61,860 nt of DNA from an uncultured bacterium (GTDB taxonomy: Bacteria; Omnitrophota; Omnitrophia; JAHJGZ01), in assembly GCA_964558015.1 (NCBI GenBank), contig CAZLCT010000002.1, positions 1 through 61,860 of the forward strand, given 5' to 3'. Position 1 is the first letter of the stretch, and each line of letters starts with the position of its first letter. The position numbers and the translations under genes were made by a program. Under the pieces are notes generated by a model that had not been told where the DNA came from, made no database searches, and saw nothing but the letters and a program-made list of their open reading frames with translations. This document shows positions 50,255 through 60,033 of this stretch, one piece after another.

Positions 50255-50557
50255 TTATGGTTTCTTAGGTTTTTTTATCGCATTTAACTTGCGTACCATA
50301 TCAAGCTGTTGTTGTATCCGCTTATGCTGTTTAATTATTCTCTCTTGTTCTTTCATTATCTTATCATGATTAGGCGTATCTGTGCCTCTAATATCTGTCC
50401 TTCTAATTATCTTTTTTGCCCTTTTGATTTTTTTCTGCTCAATGCGTCCCTTTTTTATAATAAATTCACGGCCACACTTAATACATCTAACATTGATAAC
50501 ATTCTCATTTTTTACCTTGTCAATCATCAATTTAACGTGACAGATTGGGCATTCCAT
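50255..50557 (-). CDS. Zinc-ribbon protein with lysine-rich tail
   Basis: CPICH...17 aa...CIKCG forms a CxxC-CxxC pair, followed by a K/R-rich C-terminus. Confidence 0.55.
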   Translation of the reverse strand: MECPICHVKLMIDKVKNENVINVRCIKCGREFIIKKGRIEQKKIKRAKKIIRRTDIRGTDTPNHDKIMKEQERIIKQHKRIQQQLDMVRKLNAIKKPKKP

Positions 50558-50566
50558 AAACCGGCC

Positions 50567-51037
50567 TTAAACTCCTTTTACCACTATTGAGTCGTAATAA
50601 TTATTATCACCTCTTAATTCTGATAAAAAATCCCAGCCCCATCCGATAAGTTTGTTATTATCAAAAATAAGCGGAGTAAGTTCTTCCTCTGTAAATTCAA
50701 TACCGTCCTGAGCGCATCCTGTTACATAATAATCAATTGTATAGTAATGATTTTTAATACGTATAGTTTCACTTTTGTGAGGATTTTTAATCGAAGAAAA
50801 TCCCCTCCTAAAAGTTAAATAAGTATCTTTTATTTCGGGGTCATAACTCGTAATAGTAAGAGGATGAGGCCGGGATATAGCGCAATAACCATGTCCCATC
50901 AACTCCGATACATTATCTCTATCCATACCTAGTGAAACAAACAAAAGGTTCTGTCTGTTCGTCGCTGTCGCATCATACATAGAAGAACATGAAGTAAGCA
51001 GCAATAAAACCAAAAAAAATCCGAATAATACTTTCAT
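50567..51037 (-). CDS. Hypothetical lipoprotein
   Basis: Lipobox LLLTSCSS over 156 aa. Confidence 0.55.
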   Translation of the reverse strand: MKVLFGFFLVLLLLTSCSSMYDATATNRQNLLFVSLGMDRDNVSELMGHGYCAISRPHPLTITSYDPEIKDTYLTFRRGFSSIKNPHKSETIRIKNHYYTIDYYVTGCAQDGIEFTEEELTPLIFDNNKLIGWGWDFLSELRGDNNYYDSIVVKGV

Positions 51038-51040
51038 ACC

Positions 51041-51331
51041 TCATGCTCTCTGATTTTTATCTGTTCCCTTTTTAACCCGGTAATATACAACAGTAAAAAC
51101 GACAATACTAAAAATGCTTAGATTAGCAATAATGAATACTCTCCAAACAATATCAGAAGACATTAATCCTGCAGGAGCCATAAGTACAAGACAGCACCAT
51201 ACACCAAAAGCCCAATACGTGCTGATATCTTTAGATGATTTGCGATTAATCATCCGTACTATAAGGGGAATATTCCATAATGGAAGCACTACAGATGCAA
51301 TCAACGCTATATTATGAATGAAAGAATTCAC
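51041..51331 (-). CDS. SemiSWEET/PQ-loop-like 3-TM protein
   Basis: LPLWNIPLIVRMINRKSSKDIST aligns with the SemiSWEET FIPQVLKTWKTKSTKDVSL motif, with PQ replaced by PL. 96 aa, 3 TM helices. Confidence 0.5.
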   Translation of the reverse strand: MNSFIHNIALIASVVLPLWNIPLIVRMINRKSSKDISTYWAFGVWCCLVLMAPAGLMSSDIVWRVFIIANLSIFSIVVFTVVYYRVKKGTDKNQRA

Positions 51332-51334
51332 TAA

Positions 51335-51952
51335 TTAAAAAAACTCTCTTATTTTATCATCGAAATAGAATTCGTTAAAAATCCATGTCTCTTCAGGCTT
51401 GTAAAAATAAAACATCCACCTAATAGCATGGTTTTCGAACTTTTGTAAATATACAAACCGTAATACCGTATCCGAAACAATTTGTTCCTCAACAAATGAA
51501 TAACCGATGACCTTTCCATAGCGTCCTTTAACAAGTTCTATTTGTTGATATGTTTGCATCTCAAGCATGGAAAGTTCGGTCCCAGGAATAGGAAAATACG
51601 GCTTCAGTTCACTAAAGGCTTGCTTGACACCATCATTAACCAATTTTAACATAAACAGTTCACATAACCATTTGGCATCAGAAGCTACTTCTAATTGTTT
51701 TACTGCTAAAAGTTCCTCAGAACTATCAGGAGTATCAGGACTGCCAGAGTTATCCAGATTATCAGAAGACTCTTCGGAATGTTTCTCTGGAGTTTCGTGG
51801 ATTGTTATTATATCTTGATCTTGCCCTAGTTCTTGTTCCTTATCAATACCAATATTATCTGCTTCTTCTTGAGCGTAAAGAAGATATGACATAGTACAAA
51901 TCATAATAAAATATAATATTATGCGCTTTATAATACGTCTATTCTTAAACAT
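51335..51952 (-). CDS. Hypothetical exported protein with acidic linker
   Basis: Signal-anchor N-terminus and an E/D/S-rich stretch over 205 aa. Confidence 0.5.
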   Translation of the reverse strand: MFKNRRIIKRIILYFIMICTMSYLLYAQEEADNIGIDKEQELGQDQDIITIHETPEKHSEESSDNLDNSGSPDTPDSSEELLAVKQLEVASDAKWLCELFMLKLVNDGVKQAFSELKPYFPIPGTELSMLEMQTYQQIELVKGRYGKVIGYSFVEEQIVSDTVLRFVYLQKFENHAIRWMFYFYKPEETWIFNEFYFDDKIREFF

Positions 51953-52050
51953 TGACAGCCCCTTTATATTATTTATTATACTATGAAATAGTTTTAAAAT
52001 TGTACCTTTTTATCCGTGCCTTAACAAGTTAAAAAAACTGAAAGAAAACC

Positions 52051-52596
52051 TTAAAATTCGATACCTTCCTGGGCAGGCATACCATCATAATAAGGGTGTT
52101 TTACCTCCCGTACATCCGATACCAAGTCACTAGCTTTAATCAATGATTGAGGTGCACCACGGCCGGTTAAGACAAGATGCAATTGACGAGGTTTCCTATT
52201 GCATAAGGCAAGAACATCTTTAACTTTAAGTAATCGGCAAAGAAGAGCACAATTAATTTCATCTAAAATAATCATATCATACTTTTTAGACATTACTGCC
52301 CGCCGTGCAAAATTGAGTGCGTCCTGTGTTGCCTTTTTGTGTTCTGCGAAAGGAAACTGATCACCTGCAATTTTACAAAATCCTTTTCCCAAAATTTTTA
52401 CCTTAATCCCGGGAATTTTTTTTAAGATTTTATGTTCACCGTATGTCCCGCTTTTCATAAACTGAACAATAAGGACACGTTTAGCTCTTCCAAGTGCCCT
52501 AATGGCAAGTCCGATTGATGCTGTTGTCTTCCCCTTGCCATTACCGGTGTAAGTAATGATTAAACCACGAGTTTTTTTATTCTGATTTCTTTTCAT
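52051..52596 (-). CDS. cobO: Cob(I)yrinic acid a,c-diamide adenosyltransferase
   Basis: YTGNGKGKTTA P-loop, VQFMK, DMIILDEI, LVLTGR, VKHPY and GIEF C-terminus. Confidence 0.85.
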   Translation of the reverse strand: MKRNQNKKTRGLIITYTGNGKGKTTASIGLAIRALGRAKRVLIVQFMKSGTYGEHKILKKIPGIKVKILGKGFCKIAGDQFPFAEHKKATQDALNFARRAVMSKKYDMIILDEINCALLCRLLKVKDVLALCNRKPRQLHLVLTGRGAPQSLIKASDLVSDVREVKHPYYDGMPAQEGIEF

Positions 52597-52627
52597 TTAT
52601 TATATGTGCGAATTATATTTTAATTTA

Positions 52628-53545
52628 CTAAAAAAGTATCGACACTTTATCACTTTTTTCAATTTTAAGTTCATCAATAAACTTTAGTCTATCACGAGCA
52701 TCATTAATATCCTGCATAGGACCAAACGAAGCCAGTTTTTTAAGCCCTTCCTCATTCTGTAACATTCCTCCAATATTCATATCCATAAGTACAACCGAAT
52801 CACCATTCTTAAGCCCGCTGCTACTAAGAAGGTGTGTTGCATTGGTATGAAGAATTTCCCCTTCTACTCTTACGATAACACGGACACGAAAGTCACCAAA
52901 AAACTTTTTCATCATTGCAACTTGCAGAGGATCAGGCTCTTTAGTAGAATCTGATTCTTCAATTAAAGGCTCCTCAGTTTCTCCCTCAGCTTTTTTCTGC
53001 GGGATATTAATAACAAGCTCTGCTTCCTTCCCCTGCTTAAAATCAAAAGAAATAGAAGTCTTTCCCAAAGATTCACTATCCAAAGAATCAGATGGTATTT
53101 CAGTCGGCATAAAAGTTAACCTTAGATTACGTACATCATCAAAGGCATATGTAACTTCTACACCGACTTTGTCTATACGATCATATATTTTTTTAGCTGA
53201 AACAAATTCAACTCCTTCACCCAAAGCCTTCCCTTTTTGGATAAACTTTTCAATATCGAGCTCTTGCTCCTCCTCTGATGTAATACCTTTATCACTATCC
53301 TCCCCTTCATTCTCCCCAGGATGAACATCATTAGGATCTCCTCCCATGGATTTCATCATACCCTGGGCCATGCCTTTAATCATGTTTTGCATCAAAGCAG
53401 GTGTACCTTTATCCAAGTACATAGTATCAACAAGAGTACCACTGCCGTCCCTATTTACCGTCACAACTGTTTTAACATCCATACAGCCTGATATAGCAAA
53501 CGTTATGACTAAAATTATAAAAAGTGCAATCTCCTTTATCCTCAT
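52628..53545 (-). CDS. Hypothetical lipoprotein
   Basis: Lipobox FAISGC over 305 aa. Confidence 0.5.
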   Translation of the reverse strand: MRIKEIALFIILVITFAISGCMDVKTVVTVNRDGSGTLVDTMYLDKGTPALMQNMIKGMAQGMMKSMGGDPNDVHPGENEGEDSDKGITSEEEQELDIEKFIQKGKALGEGVEFVSAKKIYDRIDKVGVEVTYAFDDVRNLRLTFMPTEIPSDSLDSESLGKTSISFDFKQGKEAELVINIPQKKAEGETEEPLIEESDSTKEPDPLQVAMMKKFFGDFRVRVIVRVEGEILHTNATHLLSSSGLKNGDSVVLMDMNIGGMLQNEEGLKKLASFGPMQDINDARDRLKFIDELKIEKSDKVSILF

Positions 53546-53584
53546 AAGGATTCTCCTTTTTCTAAAAAAATTACCATTGACTTA

Positions 53585-54448
53585 TTACAACACATTTGCC
53601 AATCCCTCATCTAACAATTCTTGATTGAGGAAATTCCCTTCGCGTATAACCTTTTCTTTATCAGTCTCACCTCGAAGATAAAACAAATCACATACGTATC
53701 TTCCGTAAATATCCATTTTTACGGTCTGAATTACTACCCTAATTACACCGCGCAGACGTTCTTCAACAAAAGCCTTTGCCGAATCACCTTCGGGACTACC
53801 TAACTCTGCGGTATCAATACCACGCAGACGTATACGCTGTCTTTTCCATACATCAAAACCAAGGTAAACATTCAGCAAAAGCGTATCTCCGTCAATAATC
53901 CTCTCAACAGCTGCACTGTAAATATAAAGCCGCTCACTCTGCCGACGTAACATAGGTATCTCACGTGGAACAGCTTCATCTTGATGTGCAGGTTCTTCAA
54001 GGATTCTTTTCCGATGATCTTCATACGAATCTATTCTAATCTTATATGTTAACTGCCTAGCATTCCATTTATTACTATTTGCCTCAGTTAAGTAAAAACT
54101 CCTTTTTTCTTCATCTCTAATAGACAATAGTCGCTTATAATGACTCCAAGTAATATTTGGGCATTCATCTACAGGAGATTTTTGTGGCCAAAGTGTATAA
54201 AATTTTATAACACGCGTTAAAAAAGTATACTCAAGGTTCAAATCAACAGCGAGTCTTCGAAGTATTACACGCTTGTTCTTTTTGCTTAACAAAGAATCCT
54301 TATTTAACCTTTTACCCATCTCCCAATATCCGTTCATAACCACGGAATTAATCTTTTCGAATACTTTCGCTTCAGTTTGAGTACGGATATTACGTAAATC
54401 CTCCAATAACTTAAAATATGCCTTATCAGGGATTTTAACATCAGCCAT
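53585..54448 (-). CDS. Fusion protein: DUF1016-N-like helical domain plus staphylococcal-nuclease (SNase/thermonuclease) domain
   Basis: The C-terminal VERIIDGDTLLLNV...RIRLRGIDTAE...AKAFVEERL...DIYGRYVCDLF is SNase-like. The N-terminal 150 aa resemble the YhcG/DUF1016 N-terminal domain (WSHYKRLLSI). Confidence 0.55.
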   Translation of the reverse strand: MADVKIPDKAYFKLLEDLRNIRTQTEAKVFEKINSVVMNGYWEMGKRLNKDSLLSKKNKRVILRRLAVDLNLEYTFLTRVIKFYTLWPQKSPVDECPNITWSHYKRLLSIRDEEKRSFYLTEANSNKWNARQLTYKIRIDSYEDHRKRILEEPAHQDEAVPREIPMLRRQSERLYIYSAAVERIIDGDTLLLNVYLGFDVWKRQRIRLRGIDTAELGSPEGDSAKAFVEERLRGVIRVVIQTVKMDIYGRYVCDLFYLRGETDKEKVIREGNFLNQELLDEGLANVL

Positions 54449-54478
54449 ATTAATATCCTTTTAAATAGTTTGTATTTT

Positions 54479-54500
54479 GTTGCCACTGTGGCAACTGTGG
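54479..54500. promoter_or_regulatory. Palindrome / direct repeat upstream of the nuclease gene (candidate operator)
   Basis: gttgccac t gtggcaac (54479-54495) has 8-bp arms. It overlaps the direct repeat actgtgg ca actgtgg and lies 31-52 nt upstream of ATG 54448. Confidence 0.35.
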
Positions 54501-54579
54501 TAAAACTATTTTAATTCACCTTTATGCATCTTTTCAATTAAAATAAATGCTAAATTGTTCAATAACTAAACTCTTAAAT

Positions 54580-54996
54580 TCAGACAGCGGATTTACGTTC
54601 ATCATAATACTGGGCCATCCTCTGCATGAAAAGAATTTTCCACCCCAAAATTCCAATAAAAAAAATAATCGTCAAAGCTGCAAGATTATAATATGCAGAA
54701 AACAATAAAATAACAAACGCAATTATTCCGATAAATATCTGGAATAAATTAAAAGCATCTTCCTTAAACCACATCTCTTCACCAAAAACCGATTTTGTGA
54801 AAAAGTTATCCGTTCGTGCCGGTTTTGGGAAAAATATAAAATTAAATATTAAAAATAATAAGAGACCACTCGCTGACTTAAAATTGTGAAACCAGACTGC
54901 CGGTACTACTAGAAAGAATGCGATAAATCTTGTAATCACACCCCATTTGTTACTGTGTCTTTCCCAAAACCATTTTTTAAAATTATCCATAAACAA
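54580..54996 (-). CDS. Hypothetical membrane protein
   Basis: 138 aa with 4 hydrophobic helices. Confidence 0.5.
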   Translation of the reverse strand: MFMDNFKKWFWERHSNKWGVITRFIAFFLVVPAVWFHNFKSASGLLLFLIFNFIFFPKPARTDNFFTKSVFGEEMWFKEDAFNLFQIFIGIIAFVILLFSAYYNLAALTIIFFIGILGWKILFMQRMAQYYDERKSAV

Positions 54997-55017
54997 ATCC
55001 GCTAGTTTAAAAAGTTT

Positions 55018-56346
55018 TTATAAAAATAATTTCGTTTTTCTATTTTCTAAACTTTTTCTTAAATATTTATACGCTTTTGTTAACTTATGGTCCTGTATAA
55101 TAACCGCATTGCGCACCTCACGAGGGAGTGCAATATGATTGGTTAAATCCAATGCACCGTGTAAAGCAATTTGATATACATATTCACGGATAAGCTTACT
55201 AAAATCCTGGGATGACTCTTTAGGCAATTCAGACGGCAAATTATCGCGAGATAAAATACTTATTCCTCGCCCTTCAAAGCCGTCAGTATATTTTTTTGTT
55301 ACAGGATCATACGTGTAAGTCGGATTATCTACCGACGTTGTTTTATACGTCAGTTCTATACCGCCGTTAACATCACAAGCCAGATCAGCAATGAAGACCA
55401 AACGCGAGGGCTTCTTTGACATCTTATAAATCATTTCTTTTGTCACAAGGCGGGGAAAACGTCTATCCCAATAACTTGTATTAAAAAGAACGTTTACATG
55501 GGGTAAATACATACCCATATTAGACTCAAACCGTTTAGGATGTTTAAGGTATTCTTCAAAATAAAACCCGGATCTATTTTTAGACTGCAACTTTTCCTCA
55601 CGATCAAAAACAATCTTGCATACCTTATTTGTAAGGTTTCTATTATCCTTCACAAACCTCATCATATCTTTGGGATGAATTTCGACGGGCTTTAAAATAT
55701 CAATGATCTCCTGCACACCACGGCTCACATTCCCATGCCCAGTAATACCAATAATAAAAGGAACTATACGTCTTTGTAATCCCTTCCGTCTAATCTTTCG
55801 GGCAACCTTAGCAACAGCACTTTTTGCTTTATGAAGTGATTTATACAGCCTAGCTTCATTAACGAAAAGGAAAGGATTATCAATACCCTGAAAGGCTAAC
55901 CTTTTTCCTAGTAGTGACAAAGTATCAATAGCACCGCAAATCCCGGCAAACTTCCCAAAATACACCAGCCTCTTGCCTTCTGCATCTTCAATCTTTTCAT
56001 AATCGACTAAAGTAATTCCTTTTTGTAAACATGCCAAAAGAAGAGGCATGTTTTTCTTCGATCCTTTGATAGTATGTGAAAAAACCATGTAAATTTTATT
56101 CGGATAAAGATTATTAGGTCTTGGCTCTTTGACTCCGATTAGGAGAGTCGCTTTATTAAATTTTTCTACAACCCTAGCTCCGGCACGTTCATATTCTTTA
56201 TCGCGAAAGGCACGCTCTCGGCTTGATTGAACTTCTATCTGTATCCCACGTCTGCGAAGCCACAAAACGTCAGTAGGTGTGAGGGGCGTACGCCTTTCTT
56301 GAAGTTTTATTTCTTTAAGAATACCGACAACAAAAGGCTTACGCAT
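55018..56346 (-). CDS. Lysine-ketoglutarate reductase / saccharopine dehydrogenase (L-lysine-forming)-like protein
   Basis: ERRTPLTP, FSHTIKG, LVDYEKI, FGKFAGICGAIDTL and ITGHGNVSRGVQEI line up with the LKR half of AASS / LOR-SDH family proteins. Confidence 0.7.
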   Translation of the reverse strand: MRKPFVVGILKEIKLQERRTPLTPTDVLWLRRRGIQIEVQSSRERAFRDKEYERAGARVVEKFNKATLLIGVKEPRPNNLYPNKIYMVFSHTIKGSKKNMPLLLACLQKGITLVDYEKIEDAEGKRLVYFGKFAGICGAIDTLSLLGKRLAFQGIDNPFLFVNEARLYKSLHKAKSAVAKVARKIRRKGLQRRIVPFIIGITGHGNVSRGVQEIIDILKPVEIHPKDMMRFVKDNRNLTNKVCKIVFDREEKLQSKNRSGFYFEEYLKHPKRFESNMGMYLPHVNVLFNTSYWDRRFPRLVTKEMIYKMSKKPSRLVFIADLACDVNGGIELTYKTTSVDNPTYTYDPVTKKYTDGFEGRGISILSRDNLPSELPKESSQDFSKLIREYVYQIALHGALDLTNHIALPREVRNAVIIQDHKLTKAYKYLRKSLENRKTKLFL

Positions 56347-56426
56347 ATTGGATTCGTTTTGAATGAGTTGAGAAGATTAAAGAAAATTGATAAAGTAAAA
56401 AAGTAGCTAACCTTACTAAAATGATG

Positions 56427-56789
56427 TTATCCAAAAGTACTTCCGTTCCATCCCCAATCATTTGCTGATACATCATAAAATGAAACGTAAACACGCTCGG
56501 GTGAAATACTTAAAGTTTTATTTAGGAGTGAACATACTTTTTTTGTAATATCGTTATTAACTTTAATATTCAGACCTCCTATACTACTTAGCTCAACAAA
56601 AGCAGCTGGTCCAGGCTCCCCTGACATAAGAAAATAACTTTCCTCAATTGAAACCATAACATACTTTTCGGGCTTTCCTATTATGTCAGCAACAGCTTTT
56701 GATAATGTCCGAAGGAGCTCATCTCTCTTGTCTTCATTAACGGTCCCCGATGATACCTGCAATTTTAATAGCGGCATAGGTACCTCCAT
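56427..56789 (-). CDS. MIF/tautomerase-family protein
   Basis: About 115 aa. The probable start is ATG 56777, giving MPLLKLQ with a catalytic-type Pro1. Confidence 0.55.
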   Translation of the reverse strand: MEVPMPLLKLQVSSGTVNEDKRDELLRTLSKAVADIIGKPEKYVMVSIEESYFLMSGEPGPAAFVELSSIGGLNIKVNNDITKKVCSLLNKTLSISPERVYVSFYDVSANDWGWNGSTFG

Positions 56790-56840
56790 TAATTTATAAT
56801 TTAGTTGAATAATTTAATTTGTCTGACTGATAAAAAAATT

Positions 56841-58532
56841 CTATTTGCCCTTCCCGCTTTTTTGAATTTTTGCCCACGTGTCACGTAACGCGACAGTCCG
56901 ATTAAATACTATTTTCTCATCTGACGAATCAGAATCAACACAAAAATATCCAAGCCGTTCAAATTGAAATCGACTTCCCTGAGGTGCGCCAGCAAGACTC
57001 GGCTCAACACAGCAATCTTTTAATACCTCCAAGGAATCAGGATTTAAAAAAGTTTTAAAGTCCGTACCTTCATTTGTATCATTAAGATCCGTTTTTGTAA
57101 AGAGATGTTCATAAAGTCTAACTTCAGCCCGAAGAGCATGCTCTTGGGAAACCCAGTGTATTGTCCCCTTTACTTTACGCCCATCGGGTGAATCACCTCC
57201 CCGTGTAGCCGGATCATAAGTACAGTGTATTTCAGTTATCTCTCCTGTATTCTCATCCTTAATAACATCGACACATGTAATAAAATATGCATACCTAAGC
57301 CGTACTTCACGTCCCGGGGCAAGGCGGAAAAATTTTTTCGGCGGATTTTCGCGAAAATCATCCCGCTCAATATAAAGGACGCGTGAAAATGGAACCTTTC
57401 TCGTTCCCATACTGGAATCCTCAGGATTGTTGATAGCATCCAATTCCTCGACTTTACCTTCAGGATAATTGTCAATTATTACCCTCAAAGGACGCAAAAC
57501 ACTCATAACACGCATAGCTCTCTTATTCAAATCTTCACGAAGGCAATGCTCAAGCAGTGCTACATCAACCGTACTATCCGTTTTAGCAATGCCGATACGT
57601 CTGCAAAAATCTCTTATTGCCTCGGGGGTGTAACCGCTTCGGCGCAACCCGGAAATCGTAGGCATACGAGGATCATCCCATCCAAAAACAATGCCGCTTT
57701 TCACTAATTCTAAAAGCTTACGTTTACTTAAAACCGTATTAGTCAAATTAAGCCGTGCAAACTCAATCTGCTGCGGGTGGCAAGAAACCTCTAACGCATC
57801 AAGTATCCAATCATACAGAGGCCTATTATTTTCAAACTCCAGAGTACATAAAGAATGAGTAATACCTTCGATTGAATCTGAAAGACAATGTGCAAAATCA
57901 TACATAGGATAAATACACCACTCATCACTAGTGCGGTGATGATTCTCATGACGGATACGGTACAAAGTCGGATCCCTCATATTTAAATTAGGTGCTGACA
58001 TATCAATTTTAGCCCGCAGCACATGAACCCCGTCTTCAAACTCCCCATTTTTCATGCGTTCAAAAAGGTCAAGATTTTCTTCAACAGAACGATTCCGAAA
58101 AGGGCTTTCTTTGCCCGGTTTCCTCAGAGTTCCACGGTATTCTCGAATCTCATCAGCATTTAAACTGCAAATATATGCCTTTCCCTTCTTAATAAGCGCC
58201 ACGGCATAGGAATAAAGTTTATCAAAATAATCAGAAGCAAAATACTCCCGCTCCTCCCAATCAAAGCCCAACCATCTAATATCCTCTTTGATTGAATCAA
58301 CATACTCAATCTCTTCCTTGCAGGGATTGGTATCATCGAAACGTAAATTACAAAGGCCATTAAATTCCCGAGCAACACCAAAATTAAGGCAAATAGATTT
58401 TGCATGACCAATATGTAGATATCCATTAGGTTCAGGGGGAAACCGTGTGTGCACACGGCCTCCGTTCTTGCCCCGCAAAATATCATCTTTAATAATATCC
58501 CGTATAAAATCAGATAATGGTTTTGTGTTCAT
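56841..58532 (-). CDS. glnS: Glutamine--tRNA ligase
   Basis: [18 protein letters not shown] (HIGH) and VLSKRKL (KMSKS-type) motifs. 563 aa with a GlnRS-type C-terminal anticodon-binding region. Confidence 0.9.
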   Translation of the reverse strand: MNTKPLSDFIRDIIKDDILRGKNGGRVHTRFPPEPNGYLHIGHAKSICLNFGVAREFNGLCNLRFDDTNPCKEEIEYVDSIKEDIRWLGFDWEEREYFASDYFDKLYSYAVALIKKGKAYICSLNADEIREYRGTLRKPGKESPFRNRSVEENLDLFERMKNGEFEDGVHVLRAKIDMSAPNLNMRDPTLYRIRHENHHRTSDEWCIYPMYDFAHCLSDSIEGITHSLCTLEFENNRPLYDWILDALEVSCHPQQIEFARLNLTNTVLSKRKLLELVKSGIVFGWDDPRMPTISGLRRSGYTPEAIRDFCRRIGIAKTDSTVDVALLEHCLREDLNKRAMRVMSVLRPLRVIIDNYPEGKVEELDAINNPEDSSMGTRKVPFSRVLYIERDDFRENPPKKFFRLAPGREVRLRYAYFITCVDVIKDENTGEITEIHCTYDPATRGGDSPDGRKVKGTIHWVSQEHALRAEVRLYEHLFTKTDLNDTNEGTDFKTFLNPDSLEVLKDCCVEPSLAGAPQGSRFQFERLGYFCVDSDSSDEKIVFNRTVALRDTWAKIQKSGKGK

Positions 58533-58623
58533 ATGTTTTTAAATTTTTCTCTTTTGGTGAGTATTATAACAAGGAGGGGGTGTTAGGACAATCAAGAATT
58601 CATTTTGTATGAAATCCAGCTTA

Positions 58624-58974
58624 TCAAGGCACCAGTATTTTTTCTGTTAATGTTCCCTCAATACTGCAGTATGCTCCGATACTGATTTCATCGCCGGACT
58701 GAGCGTCAGGAATCATATAACTCAATGCCTGATTCAAAGTATTGTCTTGCCTATTTATTTTATGTCTGATGACCTCTTTGTCATTTAACATAATCGTAAC
58801 TTCCTTGATAAAATGACTTTCTGGATCATCCACAGGGTGGGTAATAGTTACATACAAAATCTTTGTGTTACTATCAAATGCCGTTTCAATTTTTTCCGGT
58901 GGGTGTGCATATGCAAAGTATTGAAAAGCAAAAAGTCCGATAATAACGAGCAGTAATATCTTCCTCATTTCCAA
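58624..58974 (-). CDS. Exported desulfoferrodoxin/neelaredoxin (SOR)-like protein
   Basis: Signal peptide, then AHPPEKIE, ITHPVDDPESHFIKEVTIML and GAYCSIEGTL. These parallel the SOR motifs KHVPVIE, HPxxxEHHIxYIEL and YCNxHGLW. Confidence 0.45.
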   Translation of the reverse strand: MEMRKILLLVIIGLFAFQYFAYAHPPEKIETAFDSNTKILYVTITHPVDDPESHFIKEVTIMLNDKEVIRHKINRQDNTLNQALSYMIPDAQSGDEISIGAYCSIEGTLTEKILVP

Positions 58975-59031
58975 CCTCCATGTTCGATTCGAAAAAAAGG
59001 ATTCTTCTACTATATATTTTATTATTTTTTA

Positions 59032-59436
59032 CTATTTCAGTGCAGCAATCAATGCATCACTGTCACTAGACTTAATAACCAGCCGAGAACCGCATTCCTC
59101 TCTGCAGGAACATACCGACCCGTAAATATAACTAATATTAATATTCTTAGCCTTAATCTTATCTGCCATTTCTTTCGCAGCACCTACTTTATCAGGCACC
59201 TCTGCTACAACCACATCACACACCTCTACTGTCCAACCATTACTAACTGCTGCGGTCTGTGCTTTCTGGACATCACTTGCGAGTAACATAAAAATAGCTT
59301 TTCCTTCCATGCTGTAAGCGCATACAGCGGTAATATTAACACCAACTCCAGCAATTGCAGATGTTACTTCCGAGAGCATACCAACTTTATCACGAGTAGT
59401 AACGATTAATTGCTTTTCTTTCGCACATTTAGTCAT
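59032..59436 (-). CDS. ACT domain protein (two ACT-like repeats)
   Basis: LIVTTRDKVGMLSEVTSAIAGVGVNITAV and VAEVPDKVGAAKEMADKIKAKNINISYIY. Confidence 0.65.
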   Translation of the reverse strand: MTKCAKEKQLIVTTRDKVGMLSEVTSAIAGVGVNITAVCAYSMEGKAIFMLLASDVQKAQTAAVSNGWTVEVCDVVVAEVPDKVGAAKEMADKIKAKNINISYIYGSVCSCREECGSRLVIKSSDSDALIAALK

Positions 59437-59491
59437 ACCTATACCCTCCTTTTATCATAACCATAAAAGTTTTATTAAAAGGACGAATTAT

Positions 59492-59701
59492 CTATTCCTT
59501 CTTAGCCTCTGAGTTCCGAATTAAAGTAATCGCGATAGATAATAGAAAAAAATTATTAGCAACGGTCAAAAAAGTTCTTGGAATAATAGCATATCCTGCA
59601 ACAGGAATTTGTATTAGAAATATACGTATAACAACCGCAAATATCAAACTCAAACACCCAATAAGTATACATAATTTTGGCAAGCCTAATTCTTTCATCA
59701 T
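59492..59701 (-). CDS. Small two-TM protein, paralogue of 50071..50244
   Basis: 69 aa with a GGAGG RBS. Shares R, LI.I, P..F, AN..FL at identical spacing with the 57-aa ORF. Confidence 0.55.
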   Translation of the reverse strand: MMKELGLPKLCILIGCLSLIFAVVIRIFLIQIPVAGYAIIPRTFLTVANNFFLLSIAITLIRNSEAKKE

Positions 59702-59767
59702 AACCTCCTTGTAATATTATTAACAATGTTTATTTATTTTTTATAAAATTTATTGTTTAAAAAATTA

Positions 59768-60016
59768 TTACTCGCTGTCCGCCTGAGTCCGCCATTTATC
59801 CACCATCTCACCAACATTATCGCCTACGGATTTCACTTTAAAAATATGAATCATGAATTCTTCCTTATAGCGTAGGCCGATATTTAACTTTCCGCTCTTT
59901 TTGTCTGTTGCCAAGATATCATATCCAAACGTATTTGTTTTAACATTAAAAAGAAAAAAACACACACCGATTATGATACAAATTAAGAAAATTAAACCAA
60001 AAAGTTTTTTTATCAT
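59768..60016 (-). CDS. Hypothetical membrane-anchored protein
   Basis: 82 aa with an N-terminal TM helix. Confidence 0.45.
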   Translation of the reverse strand: MIKKLFGLIFLICIIIGVCFFLFNVKTNTFGYDILATDKKSGKLNIGLRYKEEFMIHIFKVKSVGDNVGEMVDKWRTQADSE

Positions 60017-60033
60017 TCAATCCCCCTTCTGTC

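Noticed and set aside
44803-58486. Overlapping track ORFs inside well-supported genes (e.g. 45518..45832, 46297..46581, 51349..51534, 57236..57475, 58160..58486 and the plus-strand ones)
   Set aside because: They lie out of frame or antisense within genes that have clear family motifs (FAD oxidase, membrane protein, glnS). None has an independent RBS or motif.
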